Assembly (NCBI GenBank): GCA_001600695.1
Contig: BCKQ01000017.1
Location: forward strand, 1-64,000
Origin: Ascoidea asiatica JCM 7603
Taxonomy: Eukaryota; Fungi; Ascomycota
DNA length: 64,000 bases
Direction of reading: 5' to 3'
Under the pieces are notes generated by a model. It was not told the DNA's origin, did not search any database, and was given only the letters and a program-made list of their open reading frames with translations. A program made the position numbers and the translations under genes. This document shows positions 58,386 to 64,000 of the stretch, piece by piece; the stretch's first letter is position 1; each line of letters begins with the position of its first letter.

Positions 58386-59259
58386 TCAAGTTTTGAGGAA
58401 ATAATCTGGGAATTGAGTTAAGTTATTATCTAATTTACCCTTTTTAGATAAGAATTTAACATAAGCACCATCATCTTTAACTTCACCAGCATTACGTTTA
58501 GAAAGATATTCATTTCTATTTAAATTTGTAAAACCCCATTTTTTAGAAATAATAATTTTTTGTTGACCAGGAAATTTATATCTTGCTCTTCTTAAACCTT
58601 CAATACATTGATTTTTATTATTATCTTTACTTCTTACAGACATTATAATTTGTCCAATATTAACTCTTGCAGCTAAACCATGTGGTTTACCCCAAGCACC
58701 TCTCATACCTTGTTGTAATCTATCAGCTCCAGCACATGATAACATTTTATTAATTCTTAAAACATGAAATGGATGAACTCTAACTCTTAAATGGAATGAA
58801 TCTCTACCAGATACAGTTGTAACATATTTATTGGCACAAATACGAGCAGCTTCTAAAGCTTCAGATGATAATTGTTCTAATTCATTAGAAACTAAATGAA
58901 TACATAATGGAAATTCATCAACTGTTGCTTTCTTTTTACCTAAATCATAAATTCTAATCTTAGCATCTGGAACACCACGATTATATCTGGATTTTGGGTA
59001 TGGTTTGTTTTTACAGTATCTGTAACATCTAGCTGGCTATAATTTAGTACAGAATTAATAAAATAAATTTTAAAGATATATAGTTAGTATTTGATTATTT
59101 CCTGTGAAGATTTATTTGCTTTTTTTCTTTCTCATAGATTCTTAAGTTCAGACAATCAATCAATCAATCATTCATTCATTCACGCATTTGAATTCAAATC
59201 TGAATTATAATGAAACTGATTAAAGTCTTCTAATGATTTAAACATACTCTTCTTGCCAT
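58386..59259 (-). CDS. RPL10: 60S ribosomal protein L10 (uL16), two exons (59259-59248 and 59036-58386), 220 aa
   Basis: Spliced MARR|[26 protein letters not shown] ... [21 protein letters not shown]. The ORF track shows only the C-terminal half. Confidence 0.97.
59037..59247 (-). other. Spliceosomal intron of RPL10 (211 nt)
   Basis: GTATGT at 59247, TACTAAC 59089-59083, TAG ending at 59037. Confidence 0.93.
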
Positions 59260-61235
59260 TTTTTTTTTCTATTGAATTTTATTTGATTTTATTATTAATA
59301 TTTGTAATATTTATAAAATATATACTGAAGAATAAAAAAAATATAAAAGAGGATAAAATACCTTACAATTTTTATATACTTGAAGTATATATATATACTT
59401 CAAGCTCTATTTACATAGAAAATAAGGATTAGTAATCCAAAACGTAGGGTAAAAATAATCATTCGATTTGTAATCCAGCTTTAATTATGAATTTTATGAG
59501 GATTATTATTATTTAATACTTGATATTCTATTTTATATTTGAAGTTATAAACAATTACATATTAAATTTGAATTAATCTTTTTTATAGTAAATACTAGCA
59601 ATAGCAATACCAATACCAATACCAATACCAGTAACTGTTACTGTTACTGTTACTGTTACTGTTACTGGAAATCATTATTACAATATTCTTATTTTAATTA
59701 AGAATCAAAACCCTGCATAATTCAACATATTCTTTTTTGATATTTTTGATCCATTTTTGATTGGTTCATTGAATTATAATTTAAAATTTTAAATGACTTT
59801 AAATGATTTTTATATGATTTTATAAAATTCTAGATAAATTTAGATAAAAAAATAATAGATTAATGAAATGATTAAATAATGAATATTAAATAAAATGACA
59901 TTACTTTAAAAAAGAATTTATAATTGTAGTTCTTTTTTTTTAAAGTATTTAATCTAAAGTCAATCATCATCATTCATTTTCCTTAATTAATCGACATGTT
60001 TTACTTGTACTTTTAACTCCAGATAAATATACAAAGATATACAAAGTGATACAAAGTGATAAATAATAATAATAATTTCCAAACAGTAAGAAGCGTAAAG
60101 TATCTTTGAAGGAGATTCTCTTAATGGAACAGATACGACAACTCGTGGCAATGCGACGATACGAGACACTCGCTCAAACCGCTGGCTCCAGACCCGGCAG
60201 TCGGGTGCAGCGGCTCCGAGAGGCTACCGGAGAACTGCAGCTACCGACCAAGGAACGACGAGGAACGAAAAACATCCGAGAGCTGTTCGAGTGACCGACA
60301 AGAGAAAATGCACACCAATTTCACACCAATTTCACACCAATTTCACGCAGAACTAACGCATTATAGCAAATAGCCATACCCGACCGGAAACAGCTAGGAA
60401 AGAAGTCGGTAACTCGTCGGTAAGAAGTCGGTAACTAGTCGGAAAGTTTCCGGAAACGGGGTGGCTCCGCAGATACCCGCACGGACCGCCCGTTTTCCGA
60501 GGTGTTCAGGCTGGGTCTAAGCCAATTTCCCAGGTGAGCGTGTGAAATTGCACCCATTTCCTGAGTTTCTGAGTTCCTGAGTTTTTGGTAAGAAAATTGG
60601 TTTTGCAATTTATAAATTGTAATTTATTAATTAGTTACTTTCACTGTTTAATTTATGGTTTTGTATTTCCATTTCCATTAACATTTAAGCTTTTTAAAAT
60701 ATTTATACTCAAGCAATTTGCACTACTGAAAAAATTTTGATAATTCTTTAAAAGTCACTTAACTATTTATCTTCCAAGTTATTTTTTACACTTTTTCTTA
60801 CTTTATTTTAATTTACAAAATACTTCTTAAGAGATCAAAATCCCGGTTACGAATAACAATTCAATTAAAAGAATATTTTATAAATTGTAATTGTTATCTC
60901 CATTATTCAAACTAATTCTTTAATCGTTTCTTCTCTTATTCAATATTCAATTAATAACTTTTAATCAACTTTTTGTTTCAAAGTAAATTAAAATATTAAA
61001 GATTTCCATAAATTTCCATTGAATTCTATTCAATTTTTATTAAAAATTTATTAAGAACTTATTAATACTTGTTAAATTTACAAAATTTTAATTTCATTTA
61101 AAATTCCTTTGAATTTTCTTATAATTTATTTATATATTTATTTATTTATTTATTTATTTATTTACTCACTTATTTATTTAATAATTTCATTTTCTTCATA
61201 TTCAATTAATATATTAACTTAATTAATAATTAATT

Positions 61236-62306
61236 ATGACTATTGGATTTCGTGAATTAATATCTTGTGGTTTATGGACTTCAAGATCTAGAAAAAATAA
61301 AGATATTGAAAAATCTTCATTTTCTTCTTCTGTTAATTTAAGAAAAAATTCATTACAAAAAAGACCTTCTTCAAATAATCAATCTCAATCTCATTCTCAA
61401 TCTCATTCTCAATCAAATTCTATTACAAATTCAAATTTAAATTTAAATTCAAATACCAATACCAATATAAATACCAATAGTAATAGTAATATAAATCCAA
61501 CTATTATAAATAATAACAATAATCATTCTATAATTAAGAAAATATTATTAGTTAAAAGATCAAATTCAACTGTTGATTCTTTAATATCTTCAAATTCAAA
61601 TTTAACTCAATCTTATAATAATAATAATTTAAATGGTGATTATATAATAACAAATTCTCAAAATGGTATACAAAGAAATACTTCTTATAATAAAAAAAAA
61701 CATAATATTCAAACTAAAAATATTACTAAACTTAATTTATCTGATGTAATGAACGGTATAATAGATGATGATAATAATAATAATACTTCTAATAAACATA
61801 ATAATCAAAGAATAAATAGAAGAAAATCAAATTCAAATTCAAATTCAAATTCAAAAAGATTAAAAAGAAAAAGTACTGGTAATACAAACTTATCTAGATC
61901 TTCAAACTCTTTATCAAATCCAAATCAAATTTTAAATAATATTAAAGAAAGACATTCTTCTTTACCTACAAATTATAACTCTCAATTAACTTCTCAATTA
62001 TCTTCACCATTCAATTCAAATTTTAGTATAAACAACAACAACAACAATAATAATAATAATAATAATAGTATCAATTACAATTCCAATTATAATTATAATT
62101 ATAATTCTTACAATAATTCATCATCTTTATTACCTGTTCAAGAAGTTCTGAATGATTTTAATAATAATTTAAGAAGAGAAATTTCAAATAAAACTACAAA
62201 AACTTCAAGAACTGCAAAAACTGAAATTATAGATTATCATTTAGTTTTTGATAGTGAAGTAGATTTCTCAAATAATTTTAATAATAGAAATGTTGCTCCA
62301 ATATAA
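61236..62306 (+). CDS. Hypothetical S/N-rich protein
   Basis: 356-codon ORF; higher-complexity termini (MTIGFRELISCGLW...; LRREISNKTTKTSRTAKTEIIDYHLVFD); large upstream GC-rich promoter. Confidence 0.65.
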   Translation: MTIGFRELISCGLWTSRSRKNKDIEKSSFSSSVNLRKNSLQKRPSSNNQSQSHSQSHSQSNSITNSNLNLNSNTNTNINTNSNSNINPTIINNNNNHSIIKKILLVKRSNSTVDSLISSNSNLTQSYNNNNLNGDYIITNSQNGIQRNTSYNKKKHNIQTKNITKLNLSDVMNGIIDDDNNNNTSNKHNNQRINRRKSNSNSNSNSKRLKRKSTGNTNLSRSSNSLSNPNQILNNIKERHSSLPTNYNSQLTSQLSSPFNSNFSINNNNNNNNNNNNSINYNSNYNYNYNSYNNSSSLLPVQEVLNDFNNNLRREISNKTTKTSRTAKTEIIDYHLVFDSEVDFSNNFNNRNVAPI

Positions 62307-62965
62307 TTTATTCATTTTCTTCTAAATATACTACTAACTATATCATATTCATGTTTATACTTCATACTTCATATTTCTCATTTCATATTTCATATTTCAC
62401 ATTTATATTACATATTTCATATTATATCTATTTTTCATATGTTTTATTCCTCTCTCTCTTTTTATTTTTTTTTTTATTTTGTTATAAATTAATGATTTTT
62501 GAATGTCTTTGAATGTCTTTGAATGCTTTTAATTGTTTTTGAATGAATTTTGTATGAATTTTTAATTTCGCAACTCATTTTACTTTATCTTATCTTTTTA
62601 TGCTTTATTCTTTATATTTATCTTGTTTTATGCTTGTTTTTTAAATTAACCCTTTAATATAACTGTATTATAATCTTAATCTTAATTTTAATAGTTATAT
62701 AAATATTTAGAAAATATTAATTCTAATCATCCCTTTTTTGTTAATTAATAAATTTTCATTTAAATACACATCCAATGCATTAAAAAAAAAAATATTTTAT
62801 TATATTCTGTATATAAATATAAATATCGTAGATTATATAAAACTACAATTTCTTGCGTATTTGGGTTTCAATTGATTCATATGAAAATATATTTACTATA
62901 TATTTATTATATCAAAAAAATATTTCATAATCACTTTATAAATTACTTAAGCTAAAGATTATTTC

Positions 62966-63550
62966 TTAAAACTCTACATCTTTAACACCATCTTTATCAA
63001 TAACTTTAACATAAACACCTTTAAAATCTATTGGCATTCTTGTATTTAATTCTTTAACACACACTTTTAAAAGTAATAAACCTTCTTCTGTAGTCATATC
63101 TGGACGATAATGACGATCTAATAATGAAAATGTATAAAATGCTGCATATCCATGAGCTGCATATGGTAATTCACAATTTGTACCTAAATAATCAATCCAA
63201 TTTAATGATGGATTATCATTATTTTCATCATAACCTGCTATTAATACATTAACTTGAAATGGTTTTCTAGATCTTAAAGATTGTGCTAATTGATTTCTTA
63301 TGAAACTTGAAATTGCCTTTGGTGAAAGTTCAAAACCTTCTCTCATTGAATATAATTGTATATTAGCTTGCATTAATTCTGCAAATTGTGTTGTATCTCC
63401 AGATTCTCCTGTATATGCCATTAATGAATGATCTGATAATTTTCTTGTTTTATCATCAGTTTCTTTTAAAACTGAAATACCTCTTGTAAATGCTTTTGAT
63501 GTAGCTATAATTACAGAATCTTTTACTTTAATACCAAGAATAATATCCAT
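62966..63550 (-). CDS. PRE1: 20S proteasome beta-4 subunit
   Basis: MDIILGIKV.DSVIIATSKAFTRGISVLK, GESGDT.QF, SLRSRKPFQVN, IDYLGT, PYAAHGY. Confidence 0.97.
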   Translation of the reverse strand: MDIILGIKVKDSVIIATSKAFTRGISVLKETDDKTRKLSDHSLMAYTGESGDTTQFAELMQANIQLYSMREGFELSPKAISSFIRNQLAQSLRSRKPFQVNVLIAGYDENNDNPSLNWIDYLGTNCELPYAAHGYAAFYTFSLLDRHYRPDMTTEEGLLLLKVCVKELNTRMPIDFKGVYVKVIDKDGVKDVEF

Positions 63551-63726
63551 TTTGTTATTTACTTAAGTTAATTGAGTATATGTTGTATTTAAAAATAATG
63601 ATCTATAAACTTTCAATAAGTAATTTGATAAATTGATAAACTAATAAACTGATAAACTATTAAAAATAATATTCACAATTTGTTATTCATTATTTGATTA
63701 AATCTTCTTTAAATTGACTTTGGAGT

Positions 63727-63736
63727 TTTTGCCTCT
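63727..63736 (-). promoter_or_regulatory. Rpn4/PACE-like variant AGAGGCAAAA upstream of PRE1
   Basis: TTTTGCCTCT about 180 bp upstream of the ATG; shares the GGCAAAA core of the proteasome element. Confidence 0.4.
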
Positions 63737-64000
63737 TTCACTAAAATTATCCACGGAGCTTCATTTCACTACGACTGAGAATAAACTGCGGTGGAGCAAT
63801 ACGGTGGGCTAATGATGGGAATGGACACCCACAAAAGCGGTCTCGGTTGGAAATTTTCAATTTTTCTGCTTTAATCGAAATATTTTGGAATTTATTAAGA
63901 AATTTAAGATACTATATATTTAATTGCAATTTCTTTACTTTTTACAAGAAAAAAAGTATGATAAATATCATCATATCCAGTCTAAAGATAACAATTGAGT

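Noticed and set aside
59090-59240. Intronic C/D snoRNA in the RPL10 intron
   Set aside because: The ATGATT/CTGA motifs come from (AATG)/(ATTG) microsatellites; no guide sequence seen.
59628-59668. CCAGTAAC...GTTACTGG inverted repeat around (TGTTAC)n
   Set aside because: Explained by hexamer slippage next to a small palindrome; too short for a MITE and no target-site duplication.
1-64000. tRNA/rRNA genes, LTRs or transposons, CRISPR arrays, ARS consensus matches
   Set aside because: No cloverleaf, LTR pair, transposase or repeat-spacer array seen; ACS-like matches are uninformative at this AT content.

Overview
Very AT-rich, gene-dense budding-yeast (Saccharomycotina) nuclear DNA. The composition, Asn-rich protein insertions and near-absence of CUG codons are compatible with an Ascoidea-like lineage; this is an inference. 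About 28 protein-coding genes, mostly housekeeping: MAF1 (runs off the left edge, missed by the ORF track), TRS23, MNN10, GGC1, KEX2, PRP28, NHP2, FMN1, PRP42-like, CDC34, TUB4 (spliced), CBR1, a Mnn4/LicD-family gene, TIM11, a CLN1/2-type G1 cyclin, an Anp1-family gene, STS1, HYM1, RIB5, a PFK27-like kinase, a tail-anchored cytochrome b5-domain gene, TFB2, ADE4, CPA2, SEC53, RPL10 (spliced) and PRE1, plus four low-complexity orphan ORFs. I recognised no tRNA, rRNA, transposon or CRISPR. The most notable unexplained structure is non-genic. (1) Sharp GC-rich islands occur every ~2-5 kb at promoters; they extend into adjacent codons and are flanked by a G-rich-left / C-rich-right strand skew, as expected from meiotic DSB hotspots with GC-biased conversion. 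(2) Oriented clusters of a Tbf1-like WGYCCTA motif sit at the distal edge of several promoters. All compositional statements are by eye, not computed.
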